A stretch of 64,000 nucleotides of DNA from an uncultured virus (IMG/VR IMGVR_UViG_3300049255_000542) (Duplodnaviria; Heunggongvirae; Uroviricota; Caudoviricetes), in the IMG/VR virus record IMGVR_UViG_3300049255_000542; one strand, 5' to 3'. Shown in pieces: positions 9,683 to 19,347 of this stretch (the first letter of the stretch is position 1; each line of letters begins with the position of its first letter). Position numbers and translations under genes: made by a program. The notes below the pieces were generated by a model. It searched no databases. It saw only the letters and a program-made list of their open reading frames with translations, and was not told the DNA's origin.

Positions 9683-10638
9683 GGCTTCACGCTGCGGAAC
9701 TTCATATCGTCAAGCTTCCACAGGTTCGACATGAACTCCTCGAAGTCCAATTGATCGTCGAGGAACCGACAGTTGAACGCGTAAGTGAAATCGGCCGACA
9801 CGATGACGCCATTCGCGACGTTGCCGCCGAAGGTCAGCGTGTTCGGCGTCGTCAGCGTCCATCCCGTCGTGTTCGACGATGGCGGCGACGCGGTGCCGGT
9901 GACCAATCCCGATGTCGGTTCGACCCAGCCGGTGCCGATCGCGATTGGCGTATTGTTTTGCAGCTTCTCCGCGCCGGATGTGCTGGCCGCATACACGTTC
10001 CAGCCAGTAGCACTCGCCGGCGACGGCGCCGATGGCGATGCGACGTTCAATAGGTGCGATGCAGAGACGGCAAGCGAGGCCTCGGAAGAAGGCAAAGTCT
10101 CGCCCGCGGCGGTGAGGTAAGTGATCTTCGTGTAGATTGTCGTGGCGCCCAGCGATCCGCCTGAGCTCTGCGACAGCGACGGTGCGGCTGGCGCCGAAAA
10201 TCCCGCGGCAGGGATCGCGTTGCTGTTCAGATAAACGTTGTTGAGCGCGGTCACCCAACCGACAGGTTCGAGGAAGCCACCAAGCGACCGTTCGATCGTG
10301 AACGCTGACGTGCTGCCATTGCCGGTCGCGAAAGCCTGGCCGGTGACGGCGCTGTCGTCAGGATCAGCATAAAGGAACGTCCCAAACTGCCCCTGCAGCT
10401 GCAAGAAAAACCCCATGAGGGTTTGCAGGCTGCTTGATCCGAGACCGGCGAACGATGCCGTCGAATTCGATGCCAGCCCGCTATAGACCGCATCGAACTC
10501 GTAGAGCGGATAAGCCATGAGCGCGACACGCACCTCGCGCCCCGACACATGCGGCGCTACCCGCGTCGAAAATGCTGGCTTCTTATGCCGAGACCATGTG
10601 AGACCGGCCAGCGACGGCAGCGAAGGCGGCGTCGTCAT
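9679..10638 (-). CDS. DUF2460 distal tail protein (GTA g12-like) with inserted Fn3-like domain
   Basis: SGREVR, FF..GQFGTFLY.DP.D, GNG....F, ADF.Y...CRF.DD motifs; ~110-aa Ser/Thr-rich insertion. Confidence 0.85.
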   Translation of the reverse strand: MTTPPSLPSLAGLTWSRHKKPAFSTRVAPHVSGREVRVALMAYPLYEFDAVYSGLASNSTASFAGLGSSSLQTLMGFFLQLQGQFGTFLYADPDDSAVTGQAFATGNGSTSAFTIERSLGGFLEPVGWVTALNNVYLNSNAIPAAGFSAPAAPSLSQSSGGSLGATTIYTKITYLTAAGETLPSSEASLAVSASHLLNVASPSAPSPASATGWNVYAASTSGAEKLQNNTPIAIGTGWVEPTSGLVTGTASPPSSNTTGWTLTTPNTLTFGGNVANGVIVSADFTYAFNCRFLDDQLDFEEFMSNLWKLDDMKFRSVKP

Positions 10639-10776
10639 CAGAGGGTCCCAAGGTCGATCGCGATCTCGATATTTGCCCCCAACACGCCGAAGTCATCGGC
10701 GCTCGTAGCGATGCTCGTCACCAATCCGAAGTCCATGCTCTCACCCGCTTTAAGATCATCGGCGATCTGATGATCA

Positions 10777-13299
10777 TCAAAATTCAGGGGGGGGGGGGTA
10801 ACCTTTGACGGCCTCAAGCTGCAGCGATTGCAGCGCATAGAGCTCGCTCGCCCATTCCTCGACGTCCAGATCGTCGTCAACGAAACGGCAGAGCAAGTAC
10901 CAATGAAAGTCGGCGGTGATCGCCACCCCAACACCCGGCGCCGACGCGAAGGTCACACTCGCGCCGAACGGCGCGCTAGCAATCGCAAAGCCGCCAGACT
11001 GCGACACGCCGTTCAGATAGACCGCAGACACCGCGCCGACATTCGCAGGCGTGAGCGAATACCCGCCGATGGACACCGCGAAGTAGAACGTGGTCGTTGT
11101 GCCGTCGCCTGTACCGATCGACTGTGCGGCCGCCGGCGACAGTGATATCGGCTCAAAATAAAACGAGCCGTCTTCACCCTGCATATCCTCGAAGAAGCCG
11201 ACGATCTGTTGTAGCTCGGTGTTGGGCGAAACCATCCGCAACAAGTCGTAGTTTAACTCGACTTTCCATCGCGGCGTGGACTGCTTCGCAGCACGAACCT
11301 CTTTGCCCGAGACGTGCATTCCTGCCGCCGTCGAGAAGATCGGCGAAAGCTTTACCGACCAGCCGATCGTGTCGATCGTCGGGAAAGTCGGGTACGGGCC
11401 AAGCGCGGGCGATTCGTCCGGTGCCGGCACGGCAATGAACGGACCTTTGCCGCCAATCCAGAAGCCGGCCGCCCATCCTGGCGCGTCACCCCACGTCTCA
11501 CTTTGCTGCGGAAGTGTGGGGAACGGCCGCGCATCCCAATTCCACGCCATCATGAACGTGGTCTGGACCATCGGCACTCCGCCGACCGTGGCGTTATTTC
11601 CGTCAGTGACCCAATACTCATAAATGGCCTGCAACGCGAGCAGCTGCAGGTTGTCGTCGCGCCGCGGGTAGTAGCCGCCGCCCGTGCTGGCATTCGGGTC
11701 CCAAACCGACCAGTACGGTGTGAAGCTGTTGGCGGACGCCGGTGTGTAGAAGACGTTCGGTTGGTTGGTCGCCCGATCGACCGAGGCGAATCCATACTCC
11801 GCGAAAATGATCGACTTCGAGTTTGGCACCCACTCGGTCGGCGATCCGTGCGGCGCCCAGCCGTTGCCATCGCCATCATCGTAGATCGCGTAGTGCTGAT
11901 TGTTCCACCACCATCGCAGCTGCTTGTTCGCGAGCAACTGTTGTCCGGGGTAATACTGATTGCGCGATTGCGTGAGGCGGTCGCCTTCGGGCAATGACAC
12001 GCGAAGATCTGTACCGTTCGGATCGAAGCCGAGTCCGTTATTGTTGCTGTCGTTGTAGAACCAGTTGAAGTGCTCGCCGCCCTCGATGTTCGCTTTCAGA
12101 TATGGGAGCGAATAGATCGTCGGCTGGCCGCTGAGGCCGAGGCCGTTGAACGTCGAAGGTGATGGCGGCCACGTGCCGGTCGGCGCCGGCGTCAACCAAT
12201 TCTTAGCGTCGAGTCCTCCTTCGCCGGTGGTCCAGTCAGACAGCGGCAGGTAGTTGTCGAACGAGACGAGGTCGATGTTCGATGATGCGTACAACTGATC
12301 CAGGTGCGGCCATTGGCCGTTCGCGCCCGGATGCTGATAGCCCATCCATACAGACCAATCGGCCGAATATGAGATTAGGTTGTGCAGGTTCACCATGTCT
12401 TTCGAGAGAGACGCGGCGGTGAACACGCTGCGCACGTCAGCCGCGAGTTGCACAAGCCCGGCCACGAACGGGTAGTCCCACGTGGTGGTGCCGCCCGACA
12501 CCGTGCCGGCTTTCGTCCACGCCGGACCGCGAACAGTCTCAAGGCCGCGAAATTCCGAGCCGAGCAAGAACAGGTCGACTCCACCTGCAATGCAGACCAG
12601 GTTCGCATAGTGCAGGATCATCCGCCGATACGTGTAATCGGTCGCCGATCCGGAGTACGCCACCGTCAGGTTCGTGGCGTCTTGCGTGAACTGCGAGGTT
12701 GTCGCCGTCCCCAAGAAGTTGTTGATCGCGGTTGTCGCCGCGCTCGAAATGTCGGCGCCGTTATACGTGATCTCGCCGCGCCACGGTTCGCCGCCCGCGG
12801 TCATCAGGATGAAGGGATAGAACACAACGCGCAGCCCGCGCGCTTTGAGGTCGCGGATGCACCGCACGATCGATTGGTCGGAGGGTGTGCCGCCGTAGAT
12901 GAAGGCGTTCCCGCTCTGCGGGATCGGGATCAGCCCCGACGATGACTGCGTTAGACTCGAGCACCGCCACACGTCGGAACCGCCCGCGGCCGGTGCGAAC
13001 GTCCCGTTGATGTACGTGGTCGACGGGTAAATCTTGCAGGCTGTTACGTCCGTCGAATTCCCAAACCACGCGACGACAACAGCGACCGTCGTACAGCCTG
13101 GATATGTCGCCTGCAGATTGTTGATCGCCAGCGTGTAGTCAGTGACCGTCCCGGTACCGGCGAGCGGCCCGCCATTCGCATAGCGGTTGATCGACGACAC
13201 GACGGTCTCGGTTGTCCGCTGACCGAGATAAGGCACCGTGTCGTAAGTGAACTCGCCCGTGGACGGTAGAAGATGAACGCCGTTGATGAACCCAGTCAT
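10777..13299 (-). CDS. GTA TIM-barrel-like domain fused to DUF2460 (tail protein); C-terminus extends to 10638 if the C12 tract is C11
   Basis: LLPSTGEFTY, GGTPSD, GLRVVFYPFILM, YRRMILHYA, GSEFRGL, YSADWS, DNYLPLSDW, WNWDARPFP motifs, then a second DUF2460 (SGKEVR...CRFVDDDL). Confidence 0.9.
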   Translation of the reverse strand: MTGFINGVHLLPSTGEFTYDTVPYLGQRTTETVVSSINRYANGGPLAGTGTVTDYTLAINNLQATYPGCTTVAVVVAWFGNSTDVTACKIYPSTTYINGTFAPAAGGSDVWRCSSLTQSSSGLIPIPQSGNAFIYGGTPSDQSIVRCIRDLKARGLRVVFYPFILMTAGGEPWRGEITYNGADISSAATTAINNFLGTATTSQFTQDATNLTVAYSGSATDYTYRRMILHYANLVCIAGGVDLFLLGSEFRGLETVRGPAWTKAGTVSGGTTTWDYPFVAGLVQLAADVRSVFTAASLSKDMVNLHNLISYSADWSVWMGYQHPGANGQWPHLDQLYASSNIDLVSFDNYLPLSDWTTGEGGLDAKNWLTPAPTGTWPPSPSTFNGLGLSGQPTIYSLPYLKANIEGGEHFNWFYNDSNNNGLGFDPNGTDLRVSLPEGDRLTQSRNQYYPGQQLLANKQLRWWWNNQHYAIYDDGDGNGWAPHGSPTEWVPNSKSIIFAEYGFASVDRATNQPNVFYTPASANSFTPYWSVWDPNASTGGGYYPRRDDNLQLLALQAIYEYWVTDGNNATVGGVPMVQTTFMMAWNWDARPFPTLPQQSETWGDAPGWAAGFWIGGKGPFIAVPAPDESPALGPYPTFPTIDTIGWSVKLSPIFSTAAGMHVSGKEVRAAKQSTPRWKVELNYDLLRMVSPNTELQQIVGFFEDMQGEDGSFYFEPISLSPAAAQSIGTGDGTTTTFYFAVSIGGYSLTPANVGAVSAVYLNGVSQSGGFAIASAPFGASVTFASAPGVGVAITADFHWYLLCRFVDDDLDVEEWASELYALQSLQLEAVKGYPPPPEF
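10787..10798 (-). repeat. Homopolymer C12 (G12 on + strand) near the end of the tail gene
   Basis: AATTCA-G12-TA read directly. Confidence 0.9.
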
Positions 13300-13308
13300 G
13301 GACGGCGC

Positions 13309-15447
13309 TCATGCGTGCGCGGTGCGCATTCCCAGGTGCGCACCGCGGCGCACCGCCTCGTTGATCGCCCGCAGCATGTGCTTCGAGTTGTCGTTGAAGA
13401 ACCGCGACACGCTCTGCGAGTCCAGCGCCGACACGTTGATGCTGACCGGCGCGTGAACCTGTGCGCCGCCACCGCCCGTGTACGGGCCCGTGCCCTTCGC
13501 GGCCGGGATGATTGTCTCGCCGGGATGGATCAGCGCGAGACCGCCGCGCACCACGTAGTCCGTGCCGGTCTCGAATATCGCCGCTGCCGATACCGAAGCC
13601 ATCGCCGCCGAGGCTGGACCAGCCGCGGCCGGGCCCATCGTCGGCGCGAGGAACGCGAACACGCCGGCGAAAGCCTGGCCGGCATCCGTCATGATCGCCT
13701 TGATCGCGTTCGCGACCATGCCGACCATTCCGGCGTTGTTAGCTGTCTGGTCGGCTGCGAGCCGCGCCGCAGCGCCCGTGGTCGAAGCCGTGGTCTGCGC
13801 AAGCTGCGCTGCCGCCCACTTCACGACCATTTCCTCACACATTTCGATGAACTTGATAATCATGTCGCCGAGCATCTTGCGCCACGCCTGCGACCACGAC
13901 GTGGTGCCGGCCAACAGCCCGCGAAGCTGCGAGTTGAACGAGCTTTCGATCGTATTGAGGAACGAGGTCCAAAGCTGTTGCTGCGCGGCGATCGACTGCT
14001 TGTCGAGCGTGACCATTTCGAGGTCATGCTTCGCCCACGCCTCCTTGATCTTGTCCGCCATCTGTCGTTTTTGTTCGACGGACAGATTGTTAAGCTGCTG
14101 TTCCTTTTGAAGCAGATCGAGCTCGGCCTTGAACTCAGCTTCGGTCGCCTGTTCGACCAGCGCGAACTTTTGGTTCTGCGTGATCTGGAAGGTGTTGGCT
14201 TCCTCATCGTACAGCTGGACCTTGGCCTTGAGGCCATCCTGCAGAACCTTGATCTGCGAATCCACGTCTTTCATCTGCTGAGAGACGAGAGCGCGATCGA
14301 CCATCGCCAGCCGAGCGACTTTATTTTGCTCGATCTCGACGTGCTTGTTCGCGCCGTCAGTCCAGATCGCGCTCATTTCGTCGTTGTAGTTCTTCGCGAT
14401 CGTCGCGAGCTCGGTGCTCGCGCCCTGGAACGCCGCCTTGTTGGAAGCGACCAGATCGGCGTAAGCCTCCTTCACGCCGTCGAAGCTGAGCGTGAACGCA
14501 CTGACGATAAGCTTATTGAGCGCGATCAGATCGTTCGCGGCGCCGACCACGAACGCCTTGAACAGTGTCCACAACGTCTGCACCGCAGTCGATGCGGCCG
14601 CAAACGCGCTGGCGAGAAGATCGGCGGCCACCGCCAAGACCTTCATCGCCGAACCGAGAGTGCTTGCCTCCTTCGTCGAGTTGTTGAACGACTGGATGAT
14701 GTCCGTGACGACTTTGATGATGCCGCTCAGCGCAGGCTGAAACAGCGTCACGATCGTGTTCGATAGCCCGGTCCAACTCGCGCCGAGCTCGAGGATGCCC
14801 ATGTGCAGCGCGTGCGCCGCCGCCAGCTGGTCGCCGGACATGCTGGAGCCGGCGCGCTGCGCCATCGCCTGAAATTCGGCGATTGCGCCCGCACCCTCGT
14901 TGAAGATCGGGATCATGTTGGCGCCGGCACGGCCGAGCAACGCCATCGCGATCGCGTCTTTTTCCGAGCCGTCTTTGAGCACCGAGAACTTCGATGCAAG
15001 GAGCTCAAGCTTGCCCTCAAGCGGCAATGCCTGGAGCTCTCGCGCCGAAATGCCGAGTGCCGCCAGTCCCGCGCGCGCCTGCTGACTGCCGGCGTCGCTT
15101 CGCGCCAGACTCAGCCCAAGGCGCTCCACGGCGCTTGTCAGTTCTCCGAGCGTACCACCGCTCGCCTCCGCCATCAGGTTCAGGCCACTGACCTGAGACG
15201 CCGACGTGCCGAGAAGCGCCGCGGTTCGTTCCGTCTGAGTGCCGAGTTCCGCGAAGCTCTCTACGAACTTCGCGATTTTCTCGACAGCGAAGACAGCGGC
15301 GAAGATCTCACCGAATTCCGTCAGTGTCGATTTGAGCGACTGGATCGGATCGGTGATGCTGGTGATCGACGACTTGACCTGTTCGACGGCAGAGGTCAGG
15401 CCCTCGATCGACGCGCCGAATGTGACCTGGACGTCGTTGTCAGCCAT
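13309..15447 (-). CDS. Tail tape measure protein
   Basis: 712 aa, Ala-rich helical; C-terminal FETGT.YV..GLALIHPGE motif; follows the tail chaperone. Confidence 0.88.
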   Translation of the reverse strand: MADNDVQVTFGASIEGLTSAVEQVKSSITSITDPIQSLKSTLTEFGEIFAAVFAVEKIAKFVESFAELGTQTERTAALLGTSASQVSGLNLMAEASGGTLGELTSAVERLGLSLARSDAGSQQARAGLAALGISARELQALPLEGKLELLASKFSVLKDGSEKDAIAMALLGRAGANMIPIFNEGAGAIAEFQAMAQRAGSSMSGDQLAAAHALHMGILELGASWTGLSNTIVTLFQPALSGIIKVVTDIIQSFNNSTKEASTLGSAMKVLAVAADLLASAFAAASTAVQTLWTLFKAFVVGAANDLIALNKLIVSAFTLSFDGVKEAYADLVASNKAAFQGASTELATIAKNYNDEMSAIWTDGANKHVEIEQNKVARLAMVDRALVSQQMKDVDSQIKVLQDGLKAKVQLYDEEANTFQITQNQKFALVEQATEAEFKAELDLLQKEQQLNNLSVEQKRQMADKIKEAWAKHDLEMVTLDKQSIAAQQQLWTSFLNTIESSFNSQLRGLLAGTTSWSQAWRKMLGDMIIKFIEMCEEMVVKWAAAQLAQTTASTTGAAARLAADQTANNAGMVGMVANAIKAIMTDAGQAFAGVFAFLAPTMGPAAAGPASAAMASVSAAAIFETGTDYVVRGGLALIHPGETIIPAAKGTGPYTGGGGAQVHAPVSINVSALDSQSVSRFFNDNSKHMLRAINEAVRRGAHLGMRTAHA

Positions 15448-15451
15448 GCCG

Positions 15452-15718
15452 TTACGCCCGGATCACGCCGCCAGGGAACAGGGCGAGCAGCTTGTGGAAG
15501 TTCTTCGACGGCTTCTCCTTCGGCTTGATGCCGAGATAAGCCGCCACCATCCTGCGCAGCGAGGGACAGTCATCCCATGCGCTGCGCAGGTCTTCGAGAA
15601 ACGGGATATCGACTTGGTCGAGGACCTGATCGCGGGTCCAGCAGAGTTCGATTACGAGCTCGGCGACGAGCTTTCCCCAGTCGATTTCGTCGAATCGCTC
15701 GTCGCCTGTGCTTCCCCC
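15452..15718 (-). CDS. Frameshifted C-terminal part of tail chaperone (lambda gpT-like), -1 frame
   Basis: Open -1 frame from slippery GGGGGAA (15718-15712): GSTGDERFDEIDWGKLVAELVIELCWTRDQVLDQVDIPFLEDL...GVIRA*, ending 4 nt before the tape measure ATG. Confidence 0.8.
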   Translation of the reverse strand, partial: GGSTGDERFDEIDWGKLVAELVIELCWTRDQVLDQVDIPFLEDLRSAWDDCPSLRRMVAAYLGIKPKEKPSKNFHKLLALFPGGVIRA

Positions 15719-16044
15719 GCGGCGACAGTCTTTCTGCCGCCAGCCTGTTCGACGACGACGGTGCAGGCCTGCGCGAGCTCCATCATCGTCATCGGCAGAT
15801 CGAGAATGTCGTCTACCGTCACCTGCGGGTACGAACGCTTCATGCCGTTCATCAGCACGTCGACGAACAGGTCGATATTCTCATCGTTGATGTTCGCCGC
15901 ATCAATGTTGCTGAGTTTCGGCACCTGCTTGGCGATCGCTCTGATCTGCCGCAAGGTGAGCGGCAGGATCGTGAACTCGCGGCCACCGAGCACAACATTG
16001 CGGGCGCCGTCGCTACCAGCTTTATCGTCACGCTCAAGACTCAC
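15652..16044 (-). CDS. Tail assembly chaperone (lambda gpG-like)
   Basis: Between tail tube and tape measure; V.LGGREF.I.PLTL.Q motif; slippery site near the end. Confidence 0.8.
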   Translation of the reverse strand: MSLERDDKAGSDGARNVVLGGREFTILPLTLRQIRAIAKQVPKLSNIDAANINDENIDLFVDVLMNGMKRSYPQVTVDDILDLPMTMMELAQACTVVVEQAGGRKTVAAGEAQATSDSTKSTGESSSPSS

Positions 16045-16054
16045 GCGCAGTCTC

Positions 16055-16807
16055 CTATTCTGTCAGGCTGAGATAGCCGATGTTGTTGGAGGCGTCGGCG
16101 ATCGCCTGGAAGTCGAGTTCGGCGATCGTGAACTTCGTGTTGCTGAACGGCAGCGAAAGCTTCGGTGCGAAGCACGCGTTCAGCTTGAGGACCAAATCCT
16201 TCGTCGAGCCGAAGTAATTAAACGACTCTTTCAGCGCGACCTCGAACAGCGGCACCGGGCCTGTCAGCTGGTTCGTCAACGTGATCTTGTTGCCGGTCGA
16301 GACCGTGTAGCTGTAGTAGACCAAGTAGCTTTGGCTGTTGTCGCCAGACGCAAAGGTGTACGTGCCAGTGCTGGCAACGCCCGGCACATACGACACGCCG
16401 GCAACCGGCGACGATGCCACCGGCGTCAACTGCACGCCGGTGGTCGGATTGAAGACACCGAGGTCTTCGACGTAGGTTGACCCGTTCGCGACGGTGGCTG
16501 AACCGCTCGAAACGGTCACGGTCTCGCCCGTCGTCATTTCGAGCATCGCGTTCGCTGTGAGCGTCTGCCCCAAGAACAGGTTGTTGATCTGCGTGGCCTG
16601 CAAGCGCGCGAACTTCGCCTTGCCGCTGATCTTGAACTCGCCGCCACCGGCCGCCACCGGCATGTTGTACTGACCGAGCAGCGTTTCGACCTTGCGGTCG
16701 AAGTCCACCGAGACGTCCTGGAGGGTGCCGAGCAAGCACGGCTGCGTGCCGGTCACATCGGTACGCTTGCCGATCAAGGTGCCGCTACCGAACGAATATT
16801 GCGTCAT
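16055..16807 (-). CDS. Tail tube (major tail) protein
   Basis: FGSG.L, LQDVSVDF, FTIAELDFQAIAD; position before the chaperone; GAGGAG RBS. Confidence 0.8.
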   Translation of the reverse strand: MTQYSFGSGTLIGKRTDVTGTQPCLLGTLQDVSVDFDRKVETLLGQYNMPVAAGGGEFKISGKAKFARLQATQINNLFLGQTLTANAMLEMTTGETVTVSSGSATVANGSTYVEDLGVFNPTTGVQLTPVASSPVAGVSYVPGVASTGTYTFASGDNSQSYLVYYSYTVSTGNKITLTNQLTGPVPLFEVALKESFNYFGSTKDLVLKLNACFAPKLSLPFSNTKFTIAELDFQAIADASNNIGYLSLTE

Positions 16808-16995
16808 TGTCCGTGCTCCTCGGTGAGACGCCGCTTGAGGTCATCGACCGCGGCGCGCACATGGTTGAACGCTCCGGTGTCGCGCATGTGTGGCGAACCG
16901 TGAAAGTTCTCTGCGAACCAATCTTCAACGAGAGTGGCGAGCGTGTGCGGCTTCGCTAGCGGCGCGACCACATCGCCAGCTTCGTTGTCTGCCAT
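16804..16995 (-). CDS. Small hypothetical protein
   Basis: GGAG RBS; stop overlaps the tail tube ATG. Confidence 0.6.
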   Translation of the reverse strand: MADNEAGDVVAPLAKPHTLATLVEDWFAENFHGSPHMRDTGAFNHVRAAVDDLKRRLTEEHGQ

Positions 16996-17007
16996 CGTTG
17001 GACTCCG

Positions 17008-17460
17008 TCAGTACCAGGGCGCGAGGATCGTGAACGGGATTGCCGCAACGCCCTTGCCGTCAACGTCGCCCGTGTCGACGAACACGGCGCCGAGCGGATA
17101 GCAGTGCGAGACAAGGCCACCGAGCGTTTGTTTGTTCGGTCCTACCAGATCGGCGCCGGTGGGCTTCACGGCCGCGTCGATCGCATCGAGCATCGCATTC
17201 ATGTCCGTGTCCGGAGTGTCTTCCGGGTCCAGGCCCGACGATGTGTAGACGAACACGTGATAGTTCAGCGTGATGGACGGCAGGCCCTCATCTTCGCGCG
17301 TCCGCATTTCGCCGGTCTTGAGCATGGTCAAGAACGGCATCTGCGTGTCGTTGACCTGATCCCAATGGACAAAGCGCCGGCTGGTAGCCGTGAAGTCGGT
17401 AGCGCCTTTGATGAGGTTGAAGAACGCGACGGAAATCTGTTCGCGGGTGATGGCCGTCAT
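17008..17460 (-). CDS. Tail terminator/completion protein
   Basis: REQI, QTLGGLVSHC motif; position. Confidence 0.7.
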   Translation of the reverse strand: MTAITREQISVAFFNLIKGATDFTATSRRFVHWDQVNDTQMPFLTMLKTGEMRTREDEGLPSITLNYHVFVYTSSGLDPEDTPDTDMNAMLDAIDAAVKPTGADLVGPNKQTLGGLVSHCYPLGAVFVDTGDVDGKGVAAIPFTILAPWY

Positions 17461-17936
17461 TGCACGCCGTCATGCACGGCCTCGCGCAAGCCCTCTTGAA
17501 TCTCATCCGCCATATCGGCGAGCGACGATCGCAAATAGCTGCGCTCCGGCATGTCGATAGCTGGGATCTGAACGCGCTGCGCAAAAACCTGCTTGCCGCC
17601 GATCAGGAACGCGAGTGCCTTTGCCTTGTCGGGCACGATCTCATGCGCCGGAATCATTCCGCCGAATTCGTGGATCGCCGCATATTTCACGTCGCCGGAC
17701 GAAGCGACCTTGCCGATCACCTTCGTCGGATCGTCCTCGACCGTCTCGAAGATAGAGCGGCGCAGCGCGCCCGATCGCACGTTGAGGATCACGCCGCTTA
17801 GTGCGGTCTTGACCTTCGCCTCAAGCTGGAGCGCCAGCGTCGTAACCTTCCGCAGCAACGAGGCGTGCACGCGCTGCGGCATCGCCGTCAATTTCTGTAC
17901 GAGCTCGCGATCGCCGACCAGCGTGACGTTCAGCAT
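17457..17936 (-). CDS. HK97 gp10-like neck protein
   Basis: RSGALRRSI, YAAIHEFGG, MPERSYLRSSL motifs. Confidence 0.8.
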   Translation of the reverse strand: MLNVTLVGDRELVQKLTAMPQRVHASLLRKVTTLALQLEAKVKTALSGVILNVRSGALRRSIFETVEDDPTKVIGKVASSGDVKYAAIHEFGGMIPAHEIVPDKAKALAFLIGGKQVFAQRVQIPAIDMPERSYLRSSLADMADEIQEGLREAVHDGVQ

Positions 17937-18805
17937 CAGAACGGCACCACGTTGCGGAACGGATCGAGCGACGTCCGGATGAAGTCAGGCATGTCTTTGA
18001 GGCTGTACGCAGAGGTCATCTGGCCAGCGACCGTCTGCGCCGATTGTCCGATGCGCGTGCGGTAGCGGTAGCGTTCCGCGACCCACTCGATGCAAGCGTT
18101 GTTGAGCGCGGCCGGGATGAACCCATACGAGATCAGCACGGCAGCGCCGGCGTCCGCAGCCGCGAACGTGTATTTGATCGACCACGTGGGCGGCGACTGG
18201 TCCGGTTGCGGATTGAGCGTGATCTGATACTGCCCTTGCGTCGGAGCATTCGTTGTCAGCGTGAGCGCCGTGCCGTTCGCATAGGACACGCCGGAGTCGC
18301 TCGCCCAGGGACCGAACGGTTGCAGCGGCGTGACCGTGTATGCGGTTGAGGCCGGTACCGTCGCGGCCTCCGCCGTCACCTGATAGCCAGCCATGTAGGA
18401 CACGAGCACGTTCTGGCGACCACCCCAATAACAGTGGCCGCGAAGATCGAGCGCCTGACGAATTCCGGGCGGCGTGCCATCCCATGGATCGAGGAGATAG
18501 CCTGCCTGCCAGGAGACGCCGGCGCCGGGAGTTGGTGCGGCAGCAATCGTGGTGTCGCCTACAACGAGCGAGGCCACAGACAACACCGGCCAGCTGCGGA
18601 GATAGAGTCGCGTCTTGCCGTTTCCGTCGTACCGCTCTGACCATGATCGAGGAAGAATGAACGGCCTCCCAAGATAGGCGGCGATCGCACCGCTTACGTC
18701 AGTGATCAGGCGCGCCAACAGCACATCGTCGCCCGCGCCAATCCCGCTGGAGCCGGCCAGCCACGCCTTCACGTCTGCCAGCTGAGCGAGATCTGACGCG
18801 GCCAC
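17936..18805 (-). CDS. Head-tail adaptor (gp6/gp15-like) with inserted domain
   Basis: LADVKAWL...DD.LL.RLI, IPAALNNAC, MP..IR..LDPFR; GTG start with GGAG RBS. Confidence 0.78.
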   Translation of the reverse strand: MAASDLAQLADVKAWLAGSSGIGAGDDVLLARLITDVSGAIAAYLGRPFILPRSWSERYDGNGKTRLYLRSWPVLSVASLVVGDTTIAAAPTPGAGVSWQAGYLLDPWDGTPPGIRQALDLRGHCYWGGRQNVLVSYMAGYQVTAEAATVPASTAYTVTPLQPFGPWASDSGVSYANGTALTLTTNAPTQGQYQITLNPQPDQSPPTWSIKYTFAAADAGAAVLISYGFIPAALNNACIEWVAERYRYRTRIGQSAQTVAGQMTSAYSLKDMPDFIRTSLDPFRNVVPF

Positions 18806-18808
18806 TGG

Positions 18809-19321
18809 TTACGCTCCGGTCTTGTCGCCGGTCTTTTGGTCGGGCTGCGCTCCGCCCTGGTCGGCGGGTTGCGCCGGCGGCGTGGCAGCAATCTTGGCTT
18901 CGAGCTCCGTGACTTTCGCCTCGGCAGTCTCGGCGCGAGTCTTGAGCGCCGTGAGCTCATCGCTGAATTGGTTGAGCGTGTCGCTCTCGGCGCGCTTTAC
19001 CGCGAGCAACGTGTTGTCGTTCTGCGCAAGCGCCGTCTCGCGGATCGCCTTTGCCAGAACATCATCCGGCGCGCCGGGCACGATCGTTACGCCAAGGGTT
19101 TCAAGCGCGTTGAGAACTGCGTCGCGCAACACGTTCGGCGTGGCGGCCACCGGAGCCGCTGGCAGCTTGGGCGGCGGTGCATCGGCATCGGTGAAACCGA
19201 ACGACTCGACCAGGTGCGCGCCGATAACGTGATCGACGGTGTAAAGGCCGTCGCCATCCGGCTTGATGGTCACTCCGGCGATATTCGGATTCCCGGCGCT
19301 CTGTGGTGCACGCAATCTCAT
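18809..19321 (-). CDS. Head-associated hypothetical protein (N-terminal shared module plus coiled coil)
   Basis: ATG at 19321 with GAGG RBS; directly after the capsid gene. Confidence 0.65.
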   Translation of the reverse strand: MRLRAPQSAGNPNIAGVTIKPDGDGLYTVDHVIGAHLVESFGFTDADAPPPKLPAAPVAATPNVLRDAVLNALETLGVTIVPGAPDDVLAKAIRETALAQNDNTLLAVKRAESDTLNQFSDELTALKTRAETAEAKVTELEAKIAATPPAQPADQGGAQPDQKTGDKTGA

Positions 19322-19347
19322 GACGAACCTCATGGTTGGGGTTGGAT

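Noticed and set aside
5801..10800. Diversity-generating retroelement (TR/VR pair) explaining the duplicated tail C-termini
   Set aside because: No reverse transcriptase in the window; similarity is at protein level and not restricted to adenine positions
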